Positions 1-7,731 of a DNA stretch of 54,428 bases are shown here, one piece after another (the stretch's first letter is position 1; every line of letters starts with the position of its first letter). Made by a program: the position numbers and the translations under genes. The stretch covers positions 1 to 54,428 of the IMG/VR virus record IMGVR_UViG_3300020122_000519; one strand, 5' to 3'. A model generated the notes under the pieces. The model was not told the origin of the DNA and searched no databases. It saw only the letters and a program-made list of their open reading frames with translations. Source of the stretch: a virus (taxonomy: Duplodnaviria; Caudoviricetes).

Positions 1-127
1 AACGCGGCAGGACCTGGTAGTAGCCCCCGCCGCTGCCCTCCAGCCGCATCGGGTCCGCGTCGGGCTCGAGCCGGGCCAGCGCCACCGTCTCGGTGGTCCG
101 AGCTGGTGCTGGGGGCGTCGGGGCCGG
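1..127. repeat. 127-bp terminal direct repeat, copy 1 (circular contig overlap)
   Basis: 1-127 is identical to 54302-54428; the portal ORF reads through the join in frame. Confidence 0.95.
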
Positions 128-286
128 GATCGAGGTGGGCGCGGAGAGCCCTAGCGTCTGCGCGGCCTTGGAGATCTTGGCCAGCGTGCTCCCCCGGACG
201 GACTTCCCCGCGTACGCGGTGCGCACGGTGCGGGGGTCGACTTCAGCCAAGGCGGCGACGCGTGCGAGCTGGGCGCGATCGAGCAT
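1..286 (-). CDS. 5' part of the portal gene across the circular join, with an N-terminal LacI-like HTH
   Basis: ATG at 286 is in frame with the GTG at 85 (=54386) and has no stops; adds MLDRAQLARVAALAEVDPRTVRTAYAGKSVRGSTLAKISKAAQTLGL followed by a Pro/Thr linker. Confidence 0.8.
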   Translation of the reverse strand, partial: MLDRAQLARVAALAEVDPRTVRTAYAGKSVRGSTLAKISKAAQTLGLSAPTSIPAPTPPAPARTTETVALARLEPDADPMRLEGSGGGYYQVLPR

Positions 287-325
287 CCTGAATAAGAAGC
301 AGCGCTCGGCTCGTCAGGACTTGCG

Positions 326-353
326 CAAATTGCCGACAAATTGCAGCAAATGC
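326..353 (-). promoter_or_regulatory. Tandem motif upstream of portal (putative late-promoter element)
   Basis: + strand CAAATTGC at 326 and 337 and CAAATGC at 347, spaced 11 and 10 bp, in the TerL-portal gap. Confidence 0.45.
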
Positions 354-374
354 TCTTGCTGCGAGTTGCTGCCT

Positions 375-1799
375 TTACCGGCGGCGGCCCCACCGGGTGA
401 CGATCGGCTCGCTCCCGAAGCTCGGGGGGGCTCCGGAGTCGACCAGGTGGCGGTAGGCCCCCGACAGGGCGTCCACGTCGTCCTTCTTGCCTTCAGGGAA
501 GCGCTCCAGGGCCAGCAGGAAGGCCTCGTTCCACGGGCCGCGGACGATGGAGACGTTCTTCGCGGGCGGGCTCGCCTGGGAGGAGATGGGGCCCGCCCGG
601 GTCACCTTGTCCCCGGTCTCCGGAGCGGCCCGGACGGTGTAACCCTGGAGCTTCTTGACCAGGTAGCCCGCTTGGAACTTGCCGGCCTGGCCCGGGTCCT
701 GGGGCAGGCTGATCTCCACCCCCTCGCCGTCGTCCTTGGCCGTGGTGAGGATCCGCTCCTCGACCCCCGCCGGCGGCCACCGACCGCGCTCCACGTGCTC
801 GACGGTGAGCTTCCCGTCCTCATCCTGGGCCAAGCGGCACCCCACCGTCCAGTCTGGGTCCGAGCCGGACTCGGGCTCGGTGCCGGCCAAGTCCCAGTGT
901 CGCACCCGCCGCGCTTCTGTGGGCCCCTTGTCCACGAAGGTGAACCACTCCCGGCGGAAGTAGAGGCCCGCCGCGGGGCGGATGTTCCAGTCGCCCGCGC
1001 GCAGCTGGGCGCGGCGCACCGGGTCCAAGCCCATGAGCCGCTGGGCGTAGCCCGGGTCATTCTCGGAGAGCTTGGGGTTGTCCTCGATGCGTGCGGGGAT
1101 GAAGACGCGGGTCAAGGGCAGGGGGAGCTTGATGCGCTCGCTGGGCGGCGCGGCGTGCCACGCCTTCAGCATCGCTTGGGCCTCTTGCAGCTGGAGCCAC
1201 CGCTCTCCTTGATCCTCGTTGAGGTACCACAGGTGCTCCCCGGGTTTTCCCTTGATGCCCGTCCATTCCTCGCCGGGGGGCAGGCCTAGCCACGGCGCCC
1301 ACCGCCGCTGCACCCAGTCGTGCCCCTCGCCGCCGGGGTTGGAGCCAGAGCGGATCCGCAGCGGGATGCCGGCGCTCGAGCGCGCTCGCGCGAGCATGTA
1401 CTCGTACTGCCTCCGGGTGAAGGAGGTGAGCTCGTCGAAGGCTAAGTACTGGAACTCGGACGACTGGTAGGCGTCCACCGACTCCTCGTGCTCCAGGTGG
1501 CCGAACCAGATGAGGGCCCCGGACGGGAAGCGCCAGAAGTGCTTGGACTCGTTGTAGCGGCCCCCTAAGCGCGGGTACCACAGCTTGGAGCGCGGGATGA
1601 CGCTGGTCTCCAACTCGGGGTAGGTGCGCCGCAGGTAGAGTGCCTGGTACTCGGGCCGCTCGATGTAGCGCAGGGCGCCCATCAACAGTCCCTCGGACTT
1701 GCCCCCGCCGGCGGCCCCCCCGTAGAGCAACTCGTACGTCGCCGACTTGAGGAAGTCTGTCTGCCTGCCGGGGTTCGGCTTCCAGGCGGCCTCCGGCAT
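375..1799 (-). CDS. terL: Terminase large subunit
   Basis: YGGAAGGGKS Walker A, FDELTSF Walker B, GSNPGG, C-terminal RNase H-like WDLA...KDDVDA. Confidence 0.95.
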   Translation of the reverse strand: MPEAAWKPNPGRQTDFLKSATYELLYGGAAGGGKSEGLLMGALRYIERPEYQALYLRRTYPELETSVIPRSKLWYPRLGGRYNESKHFWRFPSGALIWFGHLEHEESVDAYQSSEFQYLAFDELTSFTRRQYEYMLARARSSAGIPLRIRSGSNPGGEGHDWVQRRWAPWLGLPPGEEWTGIKGKPGEHLWYLNEDQGERWLQLQEAQAMLKAWHAAPPSERIKLPLPLTRVFIPARIEDNPKLSENDPGYAQRLMGLDPVRRAQLRAGDWNIRPAAGLYFRREWFTFVDKGPTEARRVRHWDLAGTEPESGSDPDWTVGCRLAQDEDGKLTVEHVERGRWPPAGVEERILTTAKDDGEGVEISLPQDPGQAGKFQAGYLVKKLQGYTVRAAPETGDKVTRAGPISSQASPPAKNVSIVRGPWNEAFLLALERFPEGKKDDVDALSGAYRHLVDSGAPPSFGSEPIVTRWGRRR

Positions 1800-1803
1800 G
1801 CGG

Positions 1804-2151
1804 CTACTGCTCCGAGGCCGGGTCCGCGTCTTCCCGTGGCAGGTAGATGCTGGGGCCCTTCACCTCGGCCTTGAGGTTGATGTCGATGTCCTGCTCCTGC
1901 TTGGGCTTGCCCCAGGCGTGCTCGATGATGACTTCGTTGGCCCGGACGACGAAGGAGGTGGCGTTCTTGCCCTTGGCGATCTTCTCCAGGCGCTCGAGGG
2001 CCCCGCGCGACTTCTCCCGGCACAGTTCTTTGAAGCTGCGCTGCTCCTCGGTGAGCGGGGGGCGGCCGTGCCGGTTGATGCGCGGGTCTCCGGGCTTGAA
2101 CCCGCCGCGGGTGGGCTTGCGCCCTGTTTTAGGGCTGTTCCTACTGCCCAC
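1804..2151 (-). CDS. terS: Probable terminase small subunit
   Basis: Directly upstream of TerL; FKPGDPRINRHGRP N-terminal motif; WGKPKQ. Confidence 0.75.
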   Translation of the reverse strand: MGSRNSPKTGRKPTRGGFKPGDPRINRHGRPPLTEEQRSFKELCREKSRGALERLEKIAKGKNATSFVVRANEVIIEHAWGKPKQEQDIDINLKAEVKGPSIYLPREDADPASEQ

Positions 2152-2169
2152 GAACGGCCTCCAGCGCGG

Positions 2170-2448
2170 TCAAGACATCGCCTCCTTGATCGCCACGTTC
2201 ACTTCCCGGGCCTCATCCTGACTCAGACGTCGGCGCAGGTACTCCGCTGGCGGTGGCCCGTGGAGCTGCCAGATCTTGAACTCCCCGCCAGGGTGGATGC
2301 CCATCTCCTTCGCGCGGGCGTTGGCGTGCATCGGCCCTGCGCCGTCGATGATGCAGGCGCCCAAGCCGCTCGTCCCCTTCTTGCGCTCCCGGTAGTCGGG
2401 GCGGCGGCCGGCGATCCAGTACCAGTTGAGCGATAGGCCGTTGGCCAT
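2170..2448 (-). CDS. Hypothetical protein
   Basis: 92-aa ORF coupled to the upstream gene. Confidence 0.55.
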   Translation of the reverse strand: MANGLSLNWYWIAGRRPDYRERKKGTSGLGACIIDGAGPMHANARAKEMGIHPGGEFKIWQLHGPPPAEYLRRRLSQDEAREVNVAIKEAMS

Positions 2449-2714
2449 TACGGATTGCTCCCGACCTGGCCGCCCCAGGCTTTGAATTTTTCAAAAGCCT
2501 CGCGATCGTTTTTGGCTGCGAATGACTGGACGAAGCGAAGCTGATTCGACGACGCAAACGCAAGCGCTGGATCGTCGGCGCTGAAGAGCGTGTAGACGGT
2601 GTCACAGGCGTTCCCGTCGTACCGGCACCAAATCTGATAGCTAGGCCGAATTTCGTCGGGGCTAAGTGGTGGTCTCGGTCCGCAACCGGGCATCCAATCG
2701 TATCGCTTATCCAT
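2448..2714 (-). CDS. Hypothetical protein
   Basis: MDKRYDW... start at 2714 overlaps the upstream stop; 88 aa. Confidence 0.55.
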   Translation of the reverse strand: MDKRYDWMPGCGPRPPLSPDEIRPSYQIWCRYDGNACDTVYTLFSADDPALAFASSNQLRFVQSFAAKNDREAFEKFKAWGGQVGSNP

Positions 2715-2938
2715 CAGTCGTCGTCGTTCCGGAAGCGAACCGAGTCGACCAACTCTGGCATGGCGCGCTCGAGCTCCGAGAGGAAGACGACCCGCTTGCG
2801 CCGCCCCATCGGTCGACCCACGTGGGCGAACTGCACCCCGTTGGAGGTGAGGAGGGTGGCGATCCGGTAGGAGCTGACGCCGCTCATGCGCGCCAACTCG
2901 CCGACCGAATAGAAGGATTGCGAAGGCCTTCGGCGCAC
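2714..2938 (-). CDS. Small HTH DNA-binding protein (MerR/Xis-like)
   Basis: YSVGELARMSGVSSYRIATLL. Confidence 0.7.
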   Translation of the reverse strand: MRRRPSQSFYSVGELARMSGVSSYRIATLLTSNGVQFAHVGRPMGRRKRVVFLSELERAMPELVDSVRFRNDDD

Positions 2939-2947
2939 GGGATGACC

Positions 2948-3421
2948 TCATTGTCTCGCACCGAACTCTTGGATGCAACACTCGAGACTTGACATACCTA
3001 AGGCTTTGAGCTTGAGCCACTGCCTCGCTCGCAGGTAGTCGTCCTTGCTCGTCTCCCGTAGGCGGACGAGCCAGTCCCGGATGTCGCGCGTCGTCTTGGA
3101 CTCCGCCCACTCCTGCACCGCCTTGGCGTTGTGCGTCAGGACCGCTATCAACGAGGCGTCGTTGTCCGGCTCTTGGAAGGCCCATCTCAGGATGTCTCGC
3201 GATGGCTTGGTGCAGCGCTCGAGCCGCTCTTCGATGCGGCGATAGCGCTGGGCGGCCTCCACTAGGTGCAAGGGGACGTCGTGGCTCGGCTTGGGTGTCC
3301 AGCCTCCGCCTTCCAGCGAGGCGATCATCCCGCCGAAGTTGCTCTTGAGACCCAAGGCGCCAGCCCCCTCGCGGAAGAACCACCGGAGGTCTGCGGCCGC
3401 ACGGTCGGCGTAGCCGTTCAC
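2948..3421 (-). CDS. Hypothetical protein, possibly a late transcription regulator by position
   Basis: Helical ORF with GTGA coupling at the end of the delayed-early arm; start uncertain (3421 or 3457). Confidence 0.5.
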   Translation of the reverse strand: MNGYADRAAADLRWFFREGAGALGLKSNFGGMIASLEGGGWTPKPSHDVPLHLVEAAQRYRRIEERLERCTKPSRDILRWAFQEPDNDASLIAVLTHNAKAVQEWAESKTTRDIRDWLVRLRETSKDDYLRARQWLKLKALGMSSLECCIQEFGARQ

Positions 3422-3807
3422 TGTGCTGGCCTCACTTTCCCGTCGTGGTAGACGCATAGTTGACCGCGCTTGATTGGGCCGCCAGCGGTCAGCCGTGCGA
3501 TTCGGTCCCAGCGGCGTTGATCGTTCTCGTACACGGTCTTGAAGATCCGCGAGTACCTGGCGACGAAGAAGGCGTTCATCGCCTCCATGGAGCCCGGTGG
3601 CGGGTTGCCGGCCCTCTGCATGCAGTAGGCGAGGTCTGCGGCGAGCTGCTCGTCGCTGTGCTCCTTGTCCCACTGCCGGACGAGGCGCGGCGGGACTCTG
3701 GCGATCATCCCGTTCTCGAAGCGGCGCGCGCGGGGACTCCAGTTGCCGCCCAAGCGGACGACGCGAGCGGGCTCTGGGATGTCGGGCAACACCAGCCTGC
3801 CGATCAT
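3418..3807 (-). CDS. Hypothetical protein
   Basis: ATGA-coupled ORF MIGRLVLP... Confidence 0.55.
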   Translation of the reverse strand: MIGRLVLPDIPEPARVVRLGGNWSPRARRFENGMIARVPPRLVRQWDKEHSDEQLAADLAYCMQRAGNPPPGSMEAMNAFFVARYSRIFKTVYENDQRRWDRIARLTAGGPIKRGQLCVYHDGKVRPAQ

Positions 3808-4022
3808 GCGCCGTATTTCTCCCGCGCCACTTCGAACTCTTCGATCCTCGCCCCAGCGCCACACTTGCCGACATGCTCCGCGCCCTGCTTGCGTACCTCG
3901 GAAATTGTCGAGTCAGGCTGAAGCGCGAACGAGCCGACGACGGTCAACTCCATCTTGCACGTTCGACACCTGACACCCCAGACCCGGCCGCTCTTCTCCA
4001 GCTTCTCTGACAGTTCGCTCAT
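3804..4022 (-). CDS. Small putative Zn-binding protein
   Basis: CRTC...HVGKC. Confidence 0.55.
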   Translation of the reverse strand: MSELSEKLEKSGRVWGVRCRTCKMELTVVGSFALQPDSTISEVRKQGAEHVGKCGAGARIEEFEVAREKYGA

Positions 4023-4237
4023 GGCTCCCTCGTTTTTCGCGTTCGCGCTTCTTTTTCCGACGCCTCACACACTTCACACCGTCCGTGGCGTTCGCGGACG
4101 GAGCAGAAGAAAGTCTCGCCGCACGTGCATGCGATGCTCACCTGCTTCGGCGTGACGAACTGCACGGCCTCATGCCCCCAGAGCATCCAACGGAAGAGAT
4201 GAAACCAACGCCTGACGTAGGCCCACAGAATCCTCAC
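4019..4237 (-). CDS. Small Cys-rich protein
   Basis: CTCG...C...CEVC. Confidence 0.5.
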   Translation of the reverse strand: MRILWAYVRRWFHLFRWMLWGHEAVQFVTPKQVSIACTCGETFFCSVRERHGRCEVCEASEKEARTRKTREP

Positions 4238-4389
4238 CGCTCACCCTCGTGGCATGCAGCGGTGTGCCGCCTCACTTCGTCGAACGTCCGCGCTCGGAAG
4301 TCGCAGTACCAGCACTTCCAACTCTTTGGATCGCCGCCCGAGGTGAGCCAGCGCTTGATGCGGCCGGCGAAGACGCCAGCGCGCTTCAC
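4234..4389 (-). CDS. C2H2-type zinc-finger micro-protein
   Basis: CWYC-x12-H-x4-H; GTGA-coupled on both sides. Confidence 0.6.
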   Translation of the reverse strand: MKRAGVFAGRIKRWLTSGGDPKSWKCWYCDFRARTFDEVRRHTAACHEGER

Positions 4390-4823
4390 GGCGTCATCTT
4401 CATCCCGCCCCCGGGGATGCTCGTGGGCGGAGGCTTGGGGATGCTGGCGGCGGGCGCCTCCTGCGGCCTCGATGGGGGAAGTAGGAGCCCGGCTTGCTCC
4501 GCCTTGGCGCGGATCGCGAGCAGCCGCTCCTCCTCCTTCCACTTCGCCATCTCCGCCGGGTCCTTGATGATTCGCGTGGCGTACTCGCGGTTGGCGGCGA
4601 CGGTGAGGAGCGCCATCGTGTGCTGGTCCATCTGGACGTTCTTGTGCTGGCACCACAGGACTTCGCCGACGAGCGCCTTCTTCAAGTGGCGCGGGACGTT
4701 CAACTCGTGGCGCGAGCAGAAGAACTTACCGTTCTTGGGATCCACCTTCTCGTCCTTGCAGTCCTTGGCGATGCAGTAGGGCTTGTTGATGGTGCTGCCG
4801 TCGGCCTTCAGTAACTCGGACAC
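4386..4823 (-). CDS. Hypothetical protein with a Cys/His cluster
   Basis: CIAKDC...FCSRH; GGAGG upstream of GTG. Confidence 0.55.
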   Translation of the reverse strand: MSELLKADGSTINKPYCIAKDCKDEKVDPKNGKFFCSRHELNVPRHLKKALVGEVLWCQHKNVQMDQHTMALLTVAANREYATRIIKDPAEMAKWKEEERLLAIRAKAEQAGLLLPPSRPQEAPAASIPKPPPTSIPGGGMKMTP

Positions 4824-5026
4824 GCTTGCTCCTCCTGGCTCTTGGGTTCTTCCCACAGCACTTCGATGCGGGTCTCTCTGGGGACGCAGCCGGGCACGAC
4901 GTCTCCGTGCTGCCACGCGGTGAAGACCCTAGAGACTTCGCGGCGGTTCAAGCCCTTCTGCTCGCGGGCGAGCGAGACGCGCGCGTAGATGCGGATGGTC
5001 CAGTGGCAGGGGCCGCCGAAGCTCAT
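4808..5026 (-). CDS. Hypothetical protein
   Basis: 72-aa ORF, ATGA-coupled. Confidence 0.4.
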   Translation of the reverse strand: MSFGGPCHWTIRIYARVSLAREQKGLNRREVSRVFTAWQHGDVVPGCVPRETRIEVLWEEPKSQEEQACPSY

Positions 5027-5664
5027 CGGGTCCTCCGGTAGACGAAGACTGCGGAGGCGAACCGCGCGGGACCCGCTTCGTCTGGCCTCTGGTCGCCTTC
5101 AGCGAACGGGACCCGGCCGTCGATGAAGTGAGTCCAGACTTCGATCTCGTCCCAGAACGTCCGGACGGTGAAGCGCATCCCCTCGCGCCACTCCGAGCGG
5201 ATGGCGACTTCCTTTACGCCCCGTCGCTCGACGTTCTCTTGCCACCAACCCTCGGCCGTCGCGGCGGGTCCCAAGTTACAGAACAGCGGCGACGAGCGGG
5301 CAACCTGCTCGAGCGCCCACTTGGTGAAACGCATCGGGTTGCCCCTTGAGTACGGAAAGTTGTTCCAGCACCGGTGTTTCCCGACGTGGAGAGTCGGCGC
5401 GTCGTGCTCCTTGGTGAGGTACTCGGGGCACAGGTGGTTCGCGTCGGTCGAGGCCACGTCCAGCGTGAAGGGCCCGAAGGCGCGGTCGAGCTTCGCGAAG
5501 AGTTCGGGCGGCGTCTTGTACTCGTCTGAGTCCTGCTTGTCCGAGCGCGGGCGACCGAGCAGGGGCGAGCGGGTGGACTGTGGTAGCCGCTCGACCGGGA
5601 CGACGGTTCCCCGCTCCGTCAACGCGACGAGTTGCCCGTCGTCGATGTCGCGCTCGGCAATCAT
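5023..5664 (-). CDS. Phage DNA N6-adenine methyltransferase (Dam-like), variant NFPY motif
   Basis: DEYKTPPELFAKLD...FTLDVAS; WNNFPY in place of NPPY; GRVPF...ARFASAVFVY. Confidence 0.8.
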   Translation of the reverse strand: MIAERDIDDGQLVALTERGTVVPVERLPQSTRSPLLGRPRSDKQDSDEYKTPPELFAKLDRAFGPFTLDVASTDANHLCPEYLTKEHDAPTLHVGKHRCWNNFPYSRGNPMRFTKWALEQVARSSPLFCNLGPAATAEGWWQENVERRGVKEVAIRSEWREGMRFTVRTFWDEIEVWTHFIDGRVPFAEGDQRPDEAGPARFASAVFVYRRTR

Positions 5665-6044
5665 GACGCCACGCCCTCCCACGGGTAGACTTCAATCTCA
5701 ATCCGCGGGTCGAACTTGTCGTCAAACCGGATGGCCTCGATCTTCACCACCTGAGAGTCGTCGTCCCACGCGACGCCCTTGAGCGAGTCGAGGCTCACCT
5801 TGAGCAGGTTGTCCAAGTCGCCGATGCGCCTCGGGCGGTAGGCGCGGAGCACCACGCGCACCGGGCCCCGGAAGCGCGCGGGCTGGCCATCGCTCGCGGG
5901 GCTGAAGCGGGCCGCCACCTTGGCTTTGTACTCTCGAGCTGCGCGGCTCAGCACCACCCTGGAGCGCCCGCCGACGGTGATGCTGCGCCAGTAGTCATTG
6001 GCGCTCGGAGGGAATGGGAGGGTGGCTGCCCAACCTGCTCCCAT
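5661..6044 (-). CDS. rusA: RusA Holliday junction resolvase
   Basis: LPFPPSANDYW, DLDNLLKVSLDSL, DDSQV. Confidence 0.9.
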   Translation of the reverse strand: MGAGWAATLPFPPSANDYWRSITVGGRSRVVLSRAAREYKAKVAARFSPASDGQPARFRGPVRVVLRAYRPRRIGDLDNLLKVSLDSLKGVAWDDDSQVVKIEAIRFDDKFDPRIEIEVYPWEGVAS

Positions 6045-6502
6045 CAGGGCGCCTCCGGAATGAGTGCCTTCAGTCCCGACTTGAGTTGGCGCTGGAGCTT
6101 CCGGAAGCGCTCCCAGCGCGGCTCGCAGACGTTCTCGAGGACGTCGAACTCGCGCCGGACCAGGTACTCGGCGAAGTCGAGCGCCTCCGCGTCCTCCATC
6201 TGCGTAGACTCCCAGAACACGTTCCCCGTCATCGAACCTCGGCCCCGAATCGCGAAGCGGCGGACCTGGGCCGGCGTCTCGAAGCGGAGGAAGCCCTCCT
6301 CCCACTCGAAGTGCGTGAACAACTCCTCGTCGTCCTCGAAGAAGGCGCCCGAGTCCAACTCGAGGCACATCTCGCCCTCGCCGTCGAAGAACTCCGCTTT
6401 GAGCAGGGCTCCGCTGAAGTTACCCCGCTCGTCGTTGCAACAGAGGTGGACGTCGATCAAGCTGCCTCCTGGATTGTCGCGGTGGGTCCGCACATCGCGC
6501 AC
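6044..6502 (-). CDS. Hypothetical protein
   Basis: Acidic 152-aa ORF coupled to rusA. Confidence 0.55.
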   Translation of the reverse strand: MRDVRTHRDNPGGSLIDVHLCCNDERGNFSGALLKAEFFDGEGEMCLELDSGAFFEDDEELFTHFEWEEGFLRFETPAQVRRFAIRGRGSMTGNVFWESTQMEDAEALDFAEYLVRREFDVLENVCEPRWERFRKLQRQLKSGLKALIPEAP

Positions 6503-6669
6503 TCAACGCGCGGGAGAATCTCGCCCAACTCCTTGCGGACGAGCTTGAGCGCGTTGTGGGGGTTTCGCCCGTAGCCGTCCGTGCAGGCGTCGAGCAGCTC
6601 CTCGAGCGTCCGGCGGATCTCCTCGCGGGAGAACACGGCCAAACCGCAACTCTTGCATTGGGACTTCAC
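6457..6669 (-). CDS. Small putative Zn-ribbon protein
   Basis: CKSCG...CAMCG; GGAG RBS before GTG. Confidence 0.5.
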   Translation of the reverse strand: MKSQCKSCGLAVFSREEIRRTLEELLDACTDGYGRNPHNALKLVRKELGEILPRVECAMCGPTATIQEAA

Positions 6670-6905
6670 GCTGTCTCCTTCAGGGCTGTCTCCCCTGCGG
6701 ACGTCAGGAAGAACGAGCGGGCCACCATGTCTCGCCGCTCGAGCAGTCCCTTCGCGACGCAGGCGTTGACGAGGCACATCACGCCGTTCGTCGAGCCGAT
6801 GCCCATCAGGCCGCACAACTCCCGGATGGAGGGCGGGCGCTTGGCCTGCCACCCGTCGTGGATGAGCTTGAGCAGCTCGAGTTGGCGGGGAGTGGGCGGC
6901 CTCAC
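6666..6905 (-). CDS. Stand-alone LexA-type DNA-binding domain (no S24 protease)
   Basis: TPRQLELL...PPSIRELCGLMGIGSTNGV...KGLLERR...ARS. Confidence 0.85.
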   Translation of the reverse strand: MRPPTPRQLELLKLIHDGWQAKRPPSIRELCGLMGIGSTNGVMCLVNACVAKGLLERRDMVARSFFLTSAGETALKETA

Positions 6906-7360
6906 GGCGCACCGCCGATCGTCCGCGTCTGGAAGTGGAGCAGCGGCAGCACCAGGTCCCTCGCGCGCTGCACCGCGCCGGGCTCGTTCCACAGGCGGCT
7001 GAGCCCGGACGGGTGCGGCAGGATGACGAACTCCCGTGGCCCGACTGGCGATGCGAGCTTGGTGAACGGCTCGAAGTCGAAGCCAAACGCCTGCGTGACT
7101 TTGGCGCCCAAGAGCACCAGCGTGGCTCCGCTGTCGAGAGACTCGCGCTGGACGTCCTTGGCCGCGAGCCGGGCCGCCTTCATGGACCACTTCCCGACGC
7201 ACAGGTTGATGCGGCGCTCCCACGCGCGCATGTACCAAGTGCGGTTCAGGCCGAGGATCTTCGCCAGTCGACCGCCGCTGGCGTTCTCCGGCAGCGGGTA
7301 GAGCGCGAACTTGGGGTCCGCGCCGTACGGGTTCATCTCGCCGATCAACCAAGGCCTCAC
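6902..7360 (-). CDS. Uracil-DNA glycosylase-superfamily protein
   Basis: LIGEMNP motif A, SGGRL, VLLG, LPHPSG motif B. Confidence 0.7.
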   Translation of the reverse strand: MRPWLIGEMNPYGADPKFALYPLPENASGGRLAKILGLNRTWYMRAWERRINLCVGKWSMKAARLAAKDVQRESLDSGATLVLLGAKVTQAFGFDFEPFTKLASPVGPREFVILPHPSGLSRLWNEPGAVQRARDLVLPLLHFQTRTIGGAP

Positions 7361-7731
7361 GCCGTCTCTCCTTCCCCGAGGCTCGCCGCCAGCGAGCACG
7401 CCTTGCCCAACACGGCGCCCACCTGCGACTTAGGGCGGTGGACGAGCCACTTGGCCTCGCCGCCCCGGTTGATGGGCTCGAGCGTCGGCTCCAGTGCCTC
7501 CACCAGCATCGAGAACGACGCAGGCTCGAACTCTTTGGGCAGGCCGGGCGGGGCGCCCACCGCCTTGTTCACGAAGTCCAACGCCTGTCGCGCGAGCGAG
7601 GTGTCTCCGCCAGCGGCTTGGAGGAACAACTGCCACTCGTCGAGCGGCAGGGTGTCGAAGTTCGGCTGGCCGCGACACTGGCCGGCGACGTAGAGGAAGC
7701 GCGCTTTGCGTAAGCAGTCGAGCAGGCTCAC
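7357..7731 (-). CDS. Hypothetical protein
   Basis: GTGA-coupled 124-aa ORF. Confidence 0.5.
   Translation of the reverse strand: MSLLDCLRKARFLYVAGQCRGQPNFDTLPLDEWQLFLQAAGGDTSLARQALDFVNKAVGAPPGLPKEFEPASFSMLVEALEPTLEPINRGGEAKWLVHRPKSQVGAVLGKACSLAASLGEGETA

Noticed and set aside
1-127. Terminal repeat as a biological DTR or packaging end
   Set aside because: 127 bp matches a common assembler k-mer and falls mid-portal, so it indicates circularity only
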